A DNA stretch of 64,000 nt, from assembly GCA_963769935.1 (NCBI GenBank), contig CAVYNY010000011.1:288001-352000 (forward strand), in the 5' to 3' direction. Under the pieces are notes generated by a model. It worked only from the letters and a program-made list of their open reading frames with translations, made no database searches and was not told the DNA's origin. This document shows, piece after piece, positions 47,331-57,483 of this stretch. How positions within the stretch are numbered: position 1 is the stretch's first letter; each line of letters opens with the position of its first letter. The position numbers and the translations under genes are program-made. This stretch comes from an uncultured delta proteobacterium (GTDB taxonomy: Bacteria; Desulfobacterota; Desulfobacteria; Desulfobacterales; JAFDCJ01).

Positions 47331-48059
47331 TCAGTTAGCTGTATTCGTCAGATTCAGGAATACCTTTTCAAGGTCGGCATCGGCTATGTTGGCTTCGTGC
47401 CGCAGGTCGGCCGTTGTTCCGCTGGCGATCAGACGGCCGCGGTGGATAATGCCGATGCGGTCACAGGTATCTTCGACGATTGTCAAGGTGTGCGTGGACA
47501 TGAAAATTGTCACTCCGTCCCGCGCCAGGCGTTGGAAGAGTTCTTTCACCATGATAATCGCCGCCGGATCAAGGCCGACCATGGGTTCGTCGACGATTAT
47601 GATTTCAGGGTCATGCAGCAGGGCTGCGCACATGATCAGACGTTGTTTCATCCCGTGGGAATAGGATTCGATCAGTTCATCGGACCAATCGATCAGGGAA
47701 AACATCTCCAGATTCTTTTGGGCGCGTTCACGGTAGATATCATGCGGGACATCATAGAGGTCGGCGGTGAATTTCAGAAATTCCATACCGGTTAATTTCT
47801 CATAAAGATAGGGGCGGTCCGGTATAAAGCCGATTTTACGCTTGGCTGCTTCCGGCTGCGCTTGCATGTCAATGCCGCCGATGGTTATGGTGCCGGTGGT
47901 CGGCAGCAGAACACCTGCGATCATTTTTATGGTCGTGGTCTTGCCGGCGCCGTTGGGCCCGAGAAATCCGAAGATCTCGCCTTTATTTACGGTGAGACTA
48001 AGATTGTCGACCGCCCGAAAGTCGCCGAATTTTTTTGTTATGCCCTTCAGTTCGATCAT
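47331..48059 (-). CDS. ABC transporter ATP-binding protein
   Basis: GPNGAGKTT, YSHGMKQR, IIVDEP and STH motifs. Confidence 0.95.
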   Translation of the reverse strand: MIELKGITKKFGDFRAVDNLSLTVNKGEIFGFLGPNGAGKTTTIKMIAGVLLPTTGTITIGGIDMQAQPEAAKRKIGFIPDRPYLYEKLTGMEFLKFTADLYDVPHDIYRERAQKNLEMFSLIDWSDELIESYSHGMKQRLIMCAALLHDPEIIIVDEPMVGLDPAAIIMVKELFQRLARDGVTIFMSTHTLTIVEDTCDRIGIIHRGRLIASGTTADLRHEANIADADLEKVFLNLTNTAN

Positions 48060-48177
48060 GATATGGGGTTTTTATGATTTTTGGTTTATTATAACACATA
48101 ATTAATCCGCCGGAGCTTCGATCAAGCACAATCTCCAGGTTTAAAACAACAATTTACAACCCTGGACGTACTATTTT

Positions 48178-49659
48178 TCAGGGCGGATTAATTATCCGCA
48201 GTTTAATTTTCCCGATAACGCCCATCAAATCCAGCTGCCGGCCGGGGGACCCGGTAACGAGCCTTATATGGCTGACATCCGCGGGTACCTGTCCGAAGAC
48301 TGCGTCCACGGTTATCCAGCGTCCCAGATATACCAGATTCCAGGCGTGGTAATAAAACCGGCCTTTTAAATAAACCAGTCCGGCCTCAATCCGGCAGGGA
48401 ATCCCGGCCGCCCGTGCCAGAGCGGCCAGCAATACGGCGTGTTCATTGCAGTCACCTACGCGATTTTCCAGGGTGGAAAGCGCATCCGGTATAGAGAGCA
48501 CAGGGCGTTTGTCAATATTTTGATGCACCCAATCAACCAGCAATCGCACTTTCCCCAGCGCACCGGTTTCATTTCCGACGATTTTATGCATCAGCGCCTG
48601 AATCTTTGGATCGTCCGATTGGATAAACGGACCCGGTATTAGAAAAATTTTCTCTAAGCTTTGTAAGCTGTTTTCATCAATTTCGGCCGCCAGATTCGCC
48701 AGTGATTCCCTTTCGATGGTTAGCATGTTGTTTTTAAGTATCTGTCGACCGCCGCCCAGTTGAAGGCCCTCGAAGCGGATGCCGCCGATTTCAATGTTCA
48801 GTGTAGAAAGGCGGTCCAGGTTTTCCAGCACCACATTGGACGGCACCGAGGCGGTTTGCGTAAGGTCGGTGCTCGAGGCCGCCCCCAGACCCTGCAGCGC
48901 ATTCTGTCGGGTGGTCTTTTCCAGACGGATTCCTAATATGCCTTTTTCCTTCAAAATGTCGCCATCCTTACCAATCCAGGCCAGCTGGGAGGTGCCCTTG
49001 AAGTTCAAGGCAATTTTGGTGGCCGATGTCTGGGCGCCCATGATATCGGTTACTTCCCTACCCATGACTTCCACGTTCACCGGCGTTTGTCCCATTGTGG
49101 CCGGGTCAAAAATATCAAAGGTGTATTGGTCGCCGGTGTTGAGCTCGGCTGCAGCCAGAGCGGCTGTGATTGCAGAGAGCAGATAGGGTTTGGCTTTCAG
49201 TGGGATGTCTGTCCGGCGGCTGGTTCCGGCGCTGTTTGTTTTAACGGTCAGCACTTCGCCGGCAACTGAACCGCTCACGTTAAAATTGAAACGTCCCGAG
49301 GCGATTTCAAAGTCAAAATCAGCCAGGCTGAAATCAGGCTTAAGATGCCCCCGGGTTTTCAGGTTTATATCCTGGACCATGCCCATGGTATTGATGCGCA
49401 TGAGAACAGTTTCCTGCAGACGGTAGCCATCAATCTCGGTGGAAAACCCGGTGTGCGAAAATCCGATTTTGTTGTTGCTTTGAAATATATTCATCCAGAT
49501 CTCTTGATCAGCGGGCGCTTTAATATCGGAAGCTGCCAGAGTTCGCGGAGGGAAAAAAAGTTTTTCAATTACACCCAGACGGATCATAAAAAGAACGGCG
49601 AACCCCAGGACAAAGACGGAGCCCGTTATCCAAAACGTTTTGTGTTTGTACAGCGACAT
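48178..49659 (-). CDS. Membrane-anchored transglutaminase-like domain protein
   Basis: GDCNEHAVL, YHAW and WITVD (Cys-His-Asp triad); N-terminal transmembrane segment. Confidence 0.88.
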   Translation of the reverse strand: MSLYKHKTFWITGSVFVLGFAVLFMIRLGVIEKLFFPPRTLAASDIKAPADQEIWMNIFQSNNKIGFSHTGFSTEIDGYRLQETVLMRINTMGMVQDINLKTRGHLKPDFSLADFDFEIASGRFNFNVSGSVAGEVLTVKTNSAGTSRRTDIPLKAKPYLLSAITAALAAAELNTGDQYTFDIFDPATMGQTPVNVEVMGREVTDIMGAQTSATKIALNFKGTSQLAWIGKDGDILKEKGILGIRLEKTTRQNALQGLGAASSTDLTQTASVPSNVVLENLDRLSTLNIEIGGIRFEGLQLGGGRQILKNNMLTIERESLANLAAEIDENSLQSLEKIFLIPGPFIQSDDPKIQALMHKIVGNETGALGKVRLLVDWVHQNIDKRPVLSIPDALSTLENRVGDCNEHAVLLAALARAAGIPCRIEAGLVYLKGRFYYHAWNLVYLGRWITVDAVFGQVPADVSHIRLVTGSPGRQLDLMGVIGKIKLRIINPP

Positions 49660-49716
49660 TGTAATTAATCCGTCCAGAAAAATAGCCCGCCCGGGGGTGA
49701 CAATTGAATATTCAAT

Positions 49717-49754
49717 AAAAAACGGGTCGGACAAATGAATTATCCAACCCGTTT
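49717..49754 (-). terminator. Intrinsic terminator
   Basis: Stem AAACGGGTTGGA/TCCGACCCGTTT on the minus strand with a T-run. Confidence 0.55.
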
Positions 49755-49793
49755 ACTATATCACAAAAACCCTATCGAATACACCTAACGGTT

Positions 49794-49989
49794 CTATTTG
49801 AATTCATCGCGGCGGTTTTTGGCGTGCCCCCATTCCGTTGAATTCGTGGCAACGGGCCTTGAAAAACCAAAGGCTTCGGTTGAAATCCGATCTGCGGCAA
49901 TGCCCTGATTCACAAGGAAATTCTTGGCCGCCAGGGCTCGTTTATCACCGAGCTCCATATTGTATTTTTCGGTGCCGACCATGTCACTT
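49794..49989 (-). pseudogene. C-terminal remnant of an OmpA/Pal-like domain
   Basis: D.VGTEKYNMELGDKRA...FGFSRPVATN.T..G.AKNRR; the N-terminal part is absent. Confidence 0.7.
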
Positions 49990-50799
49990 TTATTTGGTGA
50001 AAGGTATCCAGTACTTTATCATTTTGTTCAGCTTTCCTTCCTTGTTGAACATGCGCAGGAAGTTATTGGCCGAATCCAGCAATTCAACATTGTCTTTGCG
50101 AATGCCCCACGCTAAAGGTTCTTTAGTTAAAAGAGCGAACAGAACGGTCAAGCCCCGGCTTTCGTTCTCAGAGGCCAAATAAAGGACCATCGGAGCGTCA
50201 TAGATGAACATGTCGATGTTATTGTCGATCAGGTCCTTCACTGCCGCGCGGGGGTTGGTGTAGGTTATCCTTTTAACGCTGCTGAATTGCGTCTCCACAA
50301 AATATTCCCCGGTCGTATCTTTAACAACACCGATCGCGGAACTGGTGGCAAAGGAAAATAAACCCGTACTGAAACGGGCAGCATCCTTTCGGCGAATCAG
50401 GGCCATCTGTCCGCTTTCAAAGTACGGTTCGGTGAAGGCAATGCGAACTTCTCTCAGAGCGGTAACCGACATCCCGGACATGATAATGTCAATCCGGTTT
50501 TCCAGCAGGGCCGATATTTGATCTTCCCATTTCAGCTCGACAAAGCGCAGCGATTTGCCGAGATATTCTGCCAGATCTCTTGCAAAATCGGCTTCCAAAC
50601 CGACGATTTTGTGGTTCTGTTTGAATATGAGCGGCGGTGAGTCGGCTGCGACTCCGACGCGCAAAACATTCTTGTCAGCCGGAATCAGGGTAGGGTTGGC
50701 CTTCTGCCGGGCGGTTGAAGCACACCCCGCCAACAAAGACAGGGCTGTTAAAATAAAAAAAAGCACCGGTAATCGGCAGACACACCATCTTTTGCCCAT
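49990..50799 (-). CDS. Amino-acid ABC transporter substrate-binding lipoprotein (family 3)
   Basis: LLAGC lipobox, LRVGV..D.PPL and IDIIMSGMSVT..R...IAFTEPY. Confidence 0.9.
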   Translation of the reverse strand: MGKRWCVCRLPVLFFILTALSLLAGCASTARQKANPTLIPADKNVLRVGVAADSPPLIFKQNHKIVGLEADFARDLAEYLGKSLRFVELKWEDQISALLENRIDIIMSGMSVTALREVRIAFTEPYFESGQMALIRRKDAARFSTGLFSFATSSAIGVVKDTTGEYFVETQFSSVKRITYTNPRAAVKDLIDNNIDMFIYDAPMVLYLASENESRGLTVLFALLTKEPLAWGIRKDNVELLDSANNFLRMFNKEGKLNKMIKYWIPFTK

Positions 50800-51038
50800 T
50801 TTTTCCTTCCTTTTGTGCCAATCGATACACAGCGTCATAATAGGTTGTGGATCAGCAGGTTGCATTGCTGATTTTAATACTGCGGTCTAGGCTCAAGCTT
50901 GCTGATCGCCGTGTATGCATGCTCAACGATCCGTGTCATTCAGGAGGATGTGTTCTGAAAGTGCCGCTAATCATATGGGAAATTTACCGAATTGGCAAAC
51001 TGTAATTTCAGCGACAATCTCGAGCCGGCAATTTTTTC

Positions 51039-51069
51039 TTGACACTTAAGATCTTATTCGCGATATAAT
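51039..51069 (+). promoter_or_regulatory. Candidate sigma70 promoter of the cold-shock gene
   Basis: TTGACA at 51039-51044 and TATAAT at 51064-51069; the 19-bp spacer is longer than optimal. Confidence 0.45.
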
Positions 51070-51190
51070 GGCCCTATTCAGCAGTTTAGAAAGAGTAGCG
51101 CGGTTTAATTCCCCGCAATCCTCGGCTTCATGGGGTTTGAAAAAGACCAGGTGTTTCGGGTAAAAGTGAAATAACTTCAGGCTTTGCAGC

Positions 51191-51219
51191 CAGAGTCAAA
51201 TATGACTCTGCTTTTTTTT
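51191..51219 (+). terminator. Terminator-like hairpin in the csp leader
   Basis: CAGAGTCA-AATA-TGACTCTG followed by C and eight T. Confidence 0.55.
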
Positions 51220-51274
51220 GGAATCGTCAGGAAGCCCTTGGATTTTAAAAGAAGTACTTTAGGAGTTTTGAGTC

Positions 51275-51475
51275 ATGGCTCAGGGAACAGTTAAGTGGTT
51301 CAACAACAAACGAGGTTGGGGGTTTATTGTCAAAGAAGACGGAGAAGACATCTTCGTTCACTACTCGGCCATTAAAGGAGACGGTTTCAAATCCCTTGCC
51401 GAAGGCCAGCGGGTGCAGTTTGAAATTGAAGAGGGCGAGAAAGGCCCTGCAGCAGCGAATGTCGAGGCGGTTTAA
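51275..51475 (+). CDS. csp: Cold-shock protein (CspA family)
   Basis: GTVKWFN..RGWGFI and DIFVHYSAI motifs; AGGAG RBS. Confidence 0.97.
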   Translation: MAQGTVKWFNNKRGWGFIVKEDGEDIFVHYSAIKGDGFKSLAEGQRVQFEIEEGEKGPAAANVEAV

Positions 51476-51510
51476 AAGGCATCGCGCAAACTCGCAGATA
51501 TTTTAATGGT

Positions 51511-53208
51511 TCACTTTTCCAGCAGCTCGCGGGCATGATTCAGGGTTGCCTGGGTTATTTCCTCACCGCCCAGCATCCTGGCAATTTCCTGATACCGATC
51601 CTGCTTGCTCAGCGGCCGGATGACCGTGCGCGTTCGACCATCTGCAACGTGTTTGGATATGCTGAAATGATGCCGCCCGAATTTAGCTATCTGCGGCAGA
51701 TGGGTAATACAGATGACCTGGTAGTGCTTTCCCAGTTCGGATAATTTGCGGCCCACCACTTCCGCCGTGCCGCCGCCGATGCCGGCATCGACTTCATCAA
51801 AAACCACCGTCTCCACCGAATCGGTCTCTGCCAGAATGGCCTTCAGGGCCAGGATCACCCTGGACAGTTCACCACCGGATGCAATGCCCGCCAGCGGTTT
51901 TAATTCTTCGCCGATGTTGGGGGCAATCATAAAAACCGCCCGGTCAAGACCGGTTTCGGTGAGAGATTGGCTCTCCACTTTCAGATGCGGATCGGATTTT
52001 TCATTCCAGGGTATCAGCTGCACGCTGGCATCAAAAACCGTTTGGGCCATTTTGAGGGAGGCCAGCTCCCGGCTGACCTTTTCGGCCAGATTTTCGGCGG
52101 CTTTTTTCCTTTGCCTGGAAAGCTGCAGGGCCAGCTCGGCACAGCGACGGTTTAAATTGGAGAGTTTTTTTTCGGTTGCCGCTATTTTTTCGCTGATGTT
52201 TTCGACATCTGCAAGGTCCCGTTCAATAGTTGCGAGCTGGGACAGCACAGTCGTCAGAGACCCACCGTATTTGCGCTTGAGCTTGTTGAGCTTATCCAGG
52301 CGCTCTTCGACTTCCTCGAGCCGCTGGTCGTCCAGCCGGATCAATTTCAGATAGGATCTGAGCTGTTCAATCAGATCTTCGATCTGGTAGGCGGACTCCG
52401 CCAGACCGTCGGCAGTGGTTTTCAGCCGGGATTCGATCTGAGCAGCCCGATCAAGGTTTTTCTTTACCCCCAATAACCGGTCGATGACCGATCCCGATGC
52501 ACCGTAAAGCTCTTCTATGCTGCCGTGAACTACCTGATAGAGCATCTCGGCATTTTTCAAGCGCAAACGTTCCTGCTCCAGCTCGATGTCTTCGCCCGCG
52601 ACAATTCCGGCTGCGGATATTTCATCTTTTTGAAACTGCAGCAACGCCAGGTGTTCGGCCTGTCGTTGGTGGATGTTCTTCAAATTCTTGAGTTCATCGA
52701 TCAGGGGAAGTATCCGATGGTAGAGATCGAAGACCTGCTGCCGTTGCGGCATCAACCCGCCGAACCGGTCGATAATCAAAAGATGCTGATCTTCTTTCAA
52801 CAGACCCTGGTGGGCATGCTGGCCTGAAATGCTGGCCAGATTTTCGGTGATGGCGTTTAATATCCCAATGGTTGCCAGACGTCCGTTAATATATATCCGG
52901 TTGCTGTCTGAGCGGGAGATGACTCTTCTGATCAGCAGGCCTTCTTCGGCACCATATCCCTGTCCGGACATGCTCCGGGCGACACTGCTGGTCGTCGAAA
53001 TGTGAAATAATGCTTCCAGTTCGGCTGCCTTGGCACCCGTGCGCACCAGATCGGCCGAGGCGCGGCTTCCGAGCAGCAGATTGACCGCATTGAGGATAAT
53101 CGATTTGCCGGCCCCGGTTTCTCCGCTCAATATGGTGAGGCCATCCGAGAAACTGATTTTCAGATCGTCGATGATGGCAAAATTTCGAATTGATAATTCT
53201 TTAAGCAT
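51511..53208 (-). CDS. recN: DNA repair protein RecN
   Basis: GETGAGKS, ASGGELSR, FDEVDAGIGG, CITHLPQIA and EIARMLGG motifs. Confidence 0.97.
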   Translation of the reverse strand: MLKELSIRNFAIIDDLKISFSDGLTILSGETGAGKSIILNAVNLLLGSRASADLVRTGAKAAELEALFHISTTSSVARSMSGQGYGAEEGLLIRRVISRSDSNRIYINGRLATIGILNAITENLASISGQHAHQGLLKEDQHLLIIDRFGGLMPQRQQVFDLYHRILPLIDELKNLKNIHQRQAEHLALLQFQKDEISAAGIVAGEDIELEQERLRLKNAEMLYQVVHGSIEELYGASGSVIDRLLGVKKNLDRAAQIESRLKTTADGLAESAYQIEDLIEQLRSYLKLIRLDDQRLEEVEERLDKLNKLKRKYGGSLTTVLSQLATIERDLADVENISEKIAATEKKLSNLNRRCAELALQLSRQRKKAAENLAEKVSRELASLKMAQTVFDASVQLIPWNEKSDPHLKVESQSLTETGLDRAVFMIAPNIGEELKPLAGIASGGELSRVILALKAILAETDSVETVVFDEVDAGIGGGTAEVVGRKLSELGKHYQVICITHLPQIAKFGRHHFSISKHVADGRTRTVIRPLSKQDRYQEIARMLGGEEITQATLNHARELLEK

Positions 53209-53217
53209 TGCTTGTTT

Positions 53218-54138
53218 TCAGAATTGATCGGTATCCTCTGTACCGTAGCGCCTACCGATAAAATTATCCATAAAGCGGCGGACGTCGGGCGACTCACATT
53301 TGTGCTCTGAAAGTCGGATGTCTTCGATTATTCCGCGTTTTATCAGGATATGTGCGTAAACATCACTGTCATTGAATTTGAATCGGTGAATGGCAGAAAA
53401 TTCGGGCGTCCGGCCGAACGTCCAGTCCCATGATCGATATTTTTCTTCGGCCAGGCGGCTGACGGCGCGCCAGTCGCCGACCGTCAAGCGGTATACTCGC
53501 AACTCACCGAAGGCGTGGGCTATATCGGCGGTTAACTCCTTCAGGAAGGCTTCCATATTCATGGAACGGTGCAAATGATGCGAAATATTGGTTACCTTGC
53601 TCCGGATGGATGCAATGGCGCGGGAATGGGTAATTTCCAACCTTGATTCCAGCACCCGATGCAGTATGTCCAGCCGGGCATCAAAGAGCAAGGTGCCGTG
53701 GCTGAGCATTCGCTGCATGTTGGTATGCTGTGAATTGCCGGATATTTTTTCGCCGTCAACGATGATATTGGTTTTTTCCGTGAGCTGTGCCGGCACCCCT
53801 AATTGCTGCAGGGTTTTTAAAACAGGCTGCAAAAGCGTCTTGAAATAAGCCAGCATTTCGCCGTTAAACGCCGTAATAAAGCTGAAATTCAAATTCCCCG
53901 GGTCATGGTAAACCGTGCCGCCGCCTGAAATGCGGCGCACCGGCCGGATCTTATGCTGTCGGGCAAATTCAAAATTTACTTCCTGAAACGGGTTCTGGTG
54001 ATTGCCGATGATTATCGACGGTTGGTTGATGTAAAACAGTACATAGTCATGGCGGGCATCCAGGTTGCGGTAGCAATATTCCTCAAGTGCCAGATTAACG
54101 GTGGGGTCGGTGACGCCTTGGTTGTCTATCAAAAGCAT
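53218..54138 (-). CDS. lplA: Lipoate-protein ligase A family
   Basis: NLALEEY, RRISGGGTVYHDPGNLNF, KISGNSQ and HGTLLF motifs. Confidence 0.92.
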   Translation of the reverse strand: MLLIDNQGVTDPTVNLALEEYCYRNLDARHDYVLFYINQPSIIIGNHQNPFQEVNFEFARQHKIRPVRRISGGGTVYHDPGNLNFSFITAFNGEMLAYFKTLLQPVLKTLQQLGVPAQLTEKTNIIVDGEKISGNSQHTNMQRMLSHGTLLFDARLDILHRVLESRLEITHSRAIASIRSKVTNISHHLHRSMNMEAFLKELTADIAHAFGELRVYRLTVGDWRAVSRLAEEKYRSWDWTFGRTPEFSAIHRFKFNDSDVYAHILIKRGIIEDIRLSEHKCESPDVRRFMDNFIGRRYGTEDTDQF

Positions 54139-54164
54139 GCCGCGAAGGCTCCCGGTTGTTGACA

Positions 54165-54486
54165 TTGAAAACACAGGTCTCTATGTCAGATCAGAGATAA
54201 TAGGCTTTGCCGTAATCGAATGCCATGGGGTATTGGAATAATGGAATGTTGGAATACTGAAGACCCGCGTCGGGCGGATGAGATGTATTTTTATATGGAT
54301 GGCCCTGATCAAAAATTAAAATCAGGATATCATCCGCTTTTCGCCCCCAACATTCCATTTTTCTCTCCGATCCGTAGGCTCTACGAGCCGGAGGCCATCA
54401 TTCCAATATTCCCTTTATTTCCGACCGAAACCACTACCCTTTTGGGGTGAAATCGAAGCCTGGCTATCCTGGCCGGGATTCTTCAC
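54165..54486 (+). repeat. Dispersed repeat family A, copy 2
   Basis: Same ends and internal blocks as 11805-12054 and 57484-57774; carries an extra GTAGGCTCTACGAGCCGGAGGC unit. Confidence 0.8.
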
Positions 54487-55004
54487 CTTTCGGCGGCCAG
54501 TTTATCCAGTGCCTCCCCCGTCAGGCGATACAAAATCCATTCCTTCATAGGTTTTGCGTTCAGCCTGTCATAGGTTCGGATGGCCGGTTCATTCCAGTTC
54601 AATACCGACCATTCAAATCGCGCGCAATTGCGTTCCTTTGCAAGTCGGGCGATATGCACCAGCATCCTGCGGCCAAAGCCCAATCTGCGGTATTCCGGTT
54701 TGACGTAAAGATCTTCAAGGTATATCCCCGGCTTGCCGATGAAGGTCGAATAATTATAAAAAAAGAGGGCAAAACTGACCGGAATTCCTTCCCACTCTCC
54801 GATCAAGGCTTCGGCAAACGGATGCGACCCAAAGAGAGATTGGCAAATATCTTCCGGCGTCGCCACGACTTCGTGTGAAAGACGTTCAAAGTCGGCCAGG
54901 TCCTTTATTAAAGACAATATCGTGCCGGCATCATTTTCAGTAGCCGGTCTTATCGTAAAATCTGATTTTTCAGCTTCCCCTTCGATCAACTCATTATTGT
55001 TCAA
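54483..55004 (-). CDS. GNAT acetyltransferase (diamine N-acetyltransferase-like)
   Basis: YSTFIGKPGIYLEDLYVKPEYRRLGFG...EWSVLNWNEPA. Confidence 0.92.
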   Translation of the reverse strand: MNNNELIEGEAEKSDFTIRPATENDAGTILSLIKDLADFERLSHEVVATPEDICQSLFGSHPFAEALIGEWEGIPVSFALFFYNYSTFIGKPGIYLEDLYVKPEYRRLGFGRRMLVHIARLAKERNCARFEWSVLNWNEPAIRTYDRLNAKPMKEWILYRLTGEALDKLAAER

Positions 55005-55024
55005 GGTGGAACCTCCAAGGTGAT

Positions 55025-55624
55025 TTAATCGTCTTTGAATTGAAAGCCCATGGCGGCAACGGTTTGTCGATCCCCGGGGCGATTGCGTTGGAACAGGTAT
55101 TCTGCCACCGTGCGCCTGTCTTCCTCGGATTTGTTCTGGATCAGGTCGCTTTTGGCCGAGATGGAATCAGGCTTGATCACGATCACTTCGCAAGCCTTGT
55201 AACCGGACATGTCGGCGGCGACCTTCTTAAAATTATCGGTGTTTTCATGCTTGGCGATCAGGGCATTCAGCGCGGCCAGTTTCGGAGTGCCGTCTTTGAC
55301 AACGGCGGCGGTTCCGCGAATGATGACGCAGTGGTAGAATTGGTGCAGATTACAGATGGGACGGCTTGGATCCAGGCCGATGTCAATGTAGGCAAGCGGC
55401 ACATCAACTTCAAAGCACACCCGGGGGTCGCGGATCAGGTTGTTCAGTTTCTCACCTTGGGGGGCACAATGAAAATAAATGCTGCCGTCCAAACTCACGA
55501 AATTTACTGGGGTGATGTAGGGATAGCCGTCCTGCCCGTTGGTGGCTAAGCGGCCGACATTGGTCAACGACAGAATCCGCTGAATTTCTTTGGTATCGGT
55601 AATTTCGCTGTGGTTGCGTCGCAT
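55025..55624 (-). CDS. Pyridoxamine 5'-phosphate oxidase/NimA-like flavin-binding protein
   Basis: GRLA...PYITPVNF...IYFHCA..GEKL...VCFEVD. Confidence 0.88.
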   Translation of the reverse strand: MRRNHSEITDTKEIQRILSLTNVGRLATNGQDGYPYITPVNFVSLDGSIYFHCAPQGEKLNNLIRDPRVCFEVDVPLAYIDIGLDPSRPICNLHQFYHCVIIRGTAAVVKDGTPKLAALNALIAKHENTDNFKKVAADMSGYKACEVIVIKPDSISAKSDLIQNKSEEDRRTVAEYLFQRNRPGDRQTVAAMGFQFKDD

Positions 55625-55742
55625 CTAAAAGCATCCTTTCTCCATTTTTTTTTGCTCGATCTAAATAGACCGCAAGCCAAGAATAATCAAGCCCATTTTC
55701 GCCTGGTTGAGATTTTACATAAAAAGGGGATGCGGCAGCCGG

Positions 55743-56147
55743 CTATGGTTTTCGCGCTTCAACTTCAAGCCTGACCATCGGCACATGAACGTTGCCATCC
55801 TGACCCGGGGCCCATGTTTGAATATAGCTAGCGACAAGTTCGTCAATAAATGCGTTTCGTTGCTTTTCAGGAATTCTGTGGGTATACGGCAGCCAGGTCG
55901 TTCGAATCCATGCGGCAAACTCAGCCTTTCCCGCATGCGTCATATCTTTTGGAATCAGCTCAGATCGAATCGAAAGAAACCCGGCCCGTTTCAGCCATAC
56001 CTTGTAATCACTAGGATCATGAAACCCATAGGGGAACTCAAAACCTGTAAAAAAAGGACGCCAGCGGGCCGTTTTTTGCAGCGCCTTCAAAACCTTGACA
56101 ATAGGGGCGGCGTTTCCGCGACCACCCATCTGCAATAAAATACGGCA
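55743..56147 (-). pseudogene. C-terminal half of a class I SAM methyltransferase (Tam-like)
   Basis: RILLQMGGRGNA...PYGF...WIRTTWLPY..R.P...MVRLEVEA; no SAM-binding N-terminus upstream. Confidence 0.65.
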
Positions 56148-56163
56148 TTCCAGTCGTAATTTT

Positions 56164-56877
56164 TCATTCTCTGAGTTTTTGGCAGATTCGACCAAAGATA
56201 TATTCGAACTGCTCAGGATTGCCGGACCGCAGATCAGTGAACACAAAATGGGATGCCTTGGGGGCGACATACAGTTCACGCTCTGAAGAATTGACAGCTG
56301 AATCGTAGATCCTGGTGATGACGCCGCGCGGGATAATCCGGTCTTCTTCTGCGGCAATAATCAACAGGCGACCCCGATAGCCTGCCAGTATTTGCCACGC
56401 ATCGGAATGCTTCCAGCTTTGCGGCTGCCGAATGATGTCGGAGAATCCCCGGTTGAATGGGATCGTATAGGCCTGGGCGGCATACATGGCGGGCACTAAG
56501 AGGACCAAGCTTTTTATCCGGTAATGTTCGAGCAGCTTTACAGCCGTATAGGCCGACATACTGGCCCCCATCAGCGCCAAAGGCTGCTTCAGTTTCAGCG
56601 CATCGACAACCCTGCAGGCCTGTCGGGTCCGGCTGCTGAGGCTGGAGCTTTTCAGCTCGCCGCCGGTATCGCCATGGCCCATGAAATCAAAGGCCGCCGA
56701 GGATATACCTGCCGCCAGGAGTTCTTCCCTGAGCAATTGAAAACGCTGCCGGCAGGAGTCCCCGGCGCCATGCAGAATCAGGAGCTGCGGAGGGCTGCCG
56801 TCGGATAGCACATCGCCGATCAAAGTGTGGCTTTCAAAGCCAACCCGTACCAAATGTCGTTCTGCTTTGCCATTCAT
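56164..56877 (-). CDS. Alpha/beta hydrolase
   Basis: LHGAG, FDFMGHGDTGG, GASMS nucleophile elbow, D..IP and a C-terminal His. Confidence 0.85.
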   Translation of the reverse strand: MNGKAERHLVRVGFESHTLIGDVLSDGSPPQLLILHGAGDSCRQRFQLLREELLAAGISSAAFDFMGHGDTGGELKSSSLSSRTRQACRVVDALKLKQPLALMGASMSAYTAVKLLEHYRIKSLVLLVPAMYAAQAYTIPFNRGFSDIIRQPQSWKHSDAWQILAGYRGRLLIIAAEEDRIIPRGVITRIYDSAVNSSERELYVAPKASHFVFTDLRSGNPEQFEYIFGRICQKLRE

Positions 56878-56985
56878 TAATTTATTAAAATTATTAATTT
56901 TTCCCGAGGCTTTGCCTGCAGTAATGATAAAATATTGGCTCTAGACATGGCAATTATTCGATTCACCATAAATTGCCGGGAAAAA

Positions 56986-57471
56986 TTACAGGAAGCGTAC
57001 GATCACAAAAATGCCCAGCATGGCGAAGGCCAGACTCAACTTGGCGGCGATTCCCAGCGCCAGACCCAGTGTTGCACCGATACCGGCCATGCCGGCGGCC
57101 CGCAGATTCGGACGGTTTAAAAGCTCACCCAGAACGGCACCGATAAAAGGGCCCAGCAGAATTCCGGGAATTCCAAAAAATATGCCGATGATCGCACCCA
57201 ACGTGGCCCCGATGATGGCAAGACGGGAAGCACCGAAATGTTTGGCGCCGAAGGCGCTTGCCAAAAAGTCGACGGCATAGGTGAGGACTGCCATAACACC
57301 CAGGACCGTCAGAGTTTTAGCGCCCGCATACGCGAAGTTCTCAGCCCAGGACGCCGCCACGAGCCCTGCGAACAACAGGGGCGCGCCGGGCAGGGCCGGA
57401 AAAATCAGACCCGCCATTCCGGCGGCTACCAGGATAATGGCCAACAACCAGAGTATGATTTGGATATGCAT
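56986..57471 (-). CDS. DUF456 membrane protein
   Basis: PALPGAPL, GAKHFGAS and GPFIGAVLGE motifs. Confidence 0.88.
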   Translation of the reverse strand: MHIQIILWLLAIILVAAGMAGLIFPALPGAPLLFAGLVAASWAENFAYAGAKTLTVLGVMAVLTYAVDFLASAFGAKHFGASRLAIIGATLGAIIGIFFGIPGILLGPFIGAVLGELLNRPNLRAAGMAGIGATLGLALGIAAKLSLAFAMLGIFVIVRFL

Positions 57472-57483
57472 TTTATTCCAACA

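Noticed and set aside
51511..54165. recN as a member of the TTACAT regulon
   Set aside because: No TTACAT repeats were seen upstream of recN or lplA.
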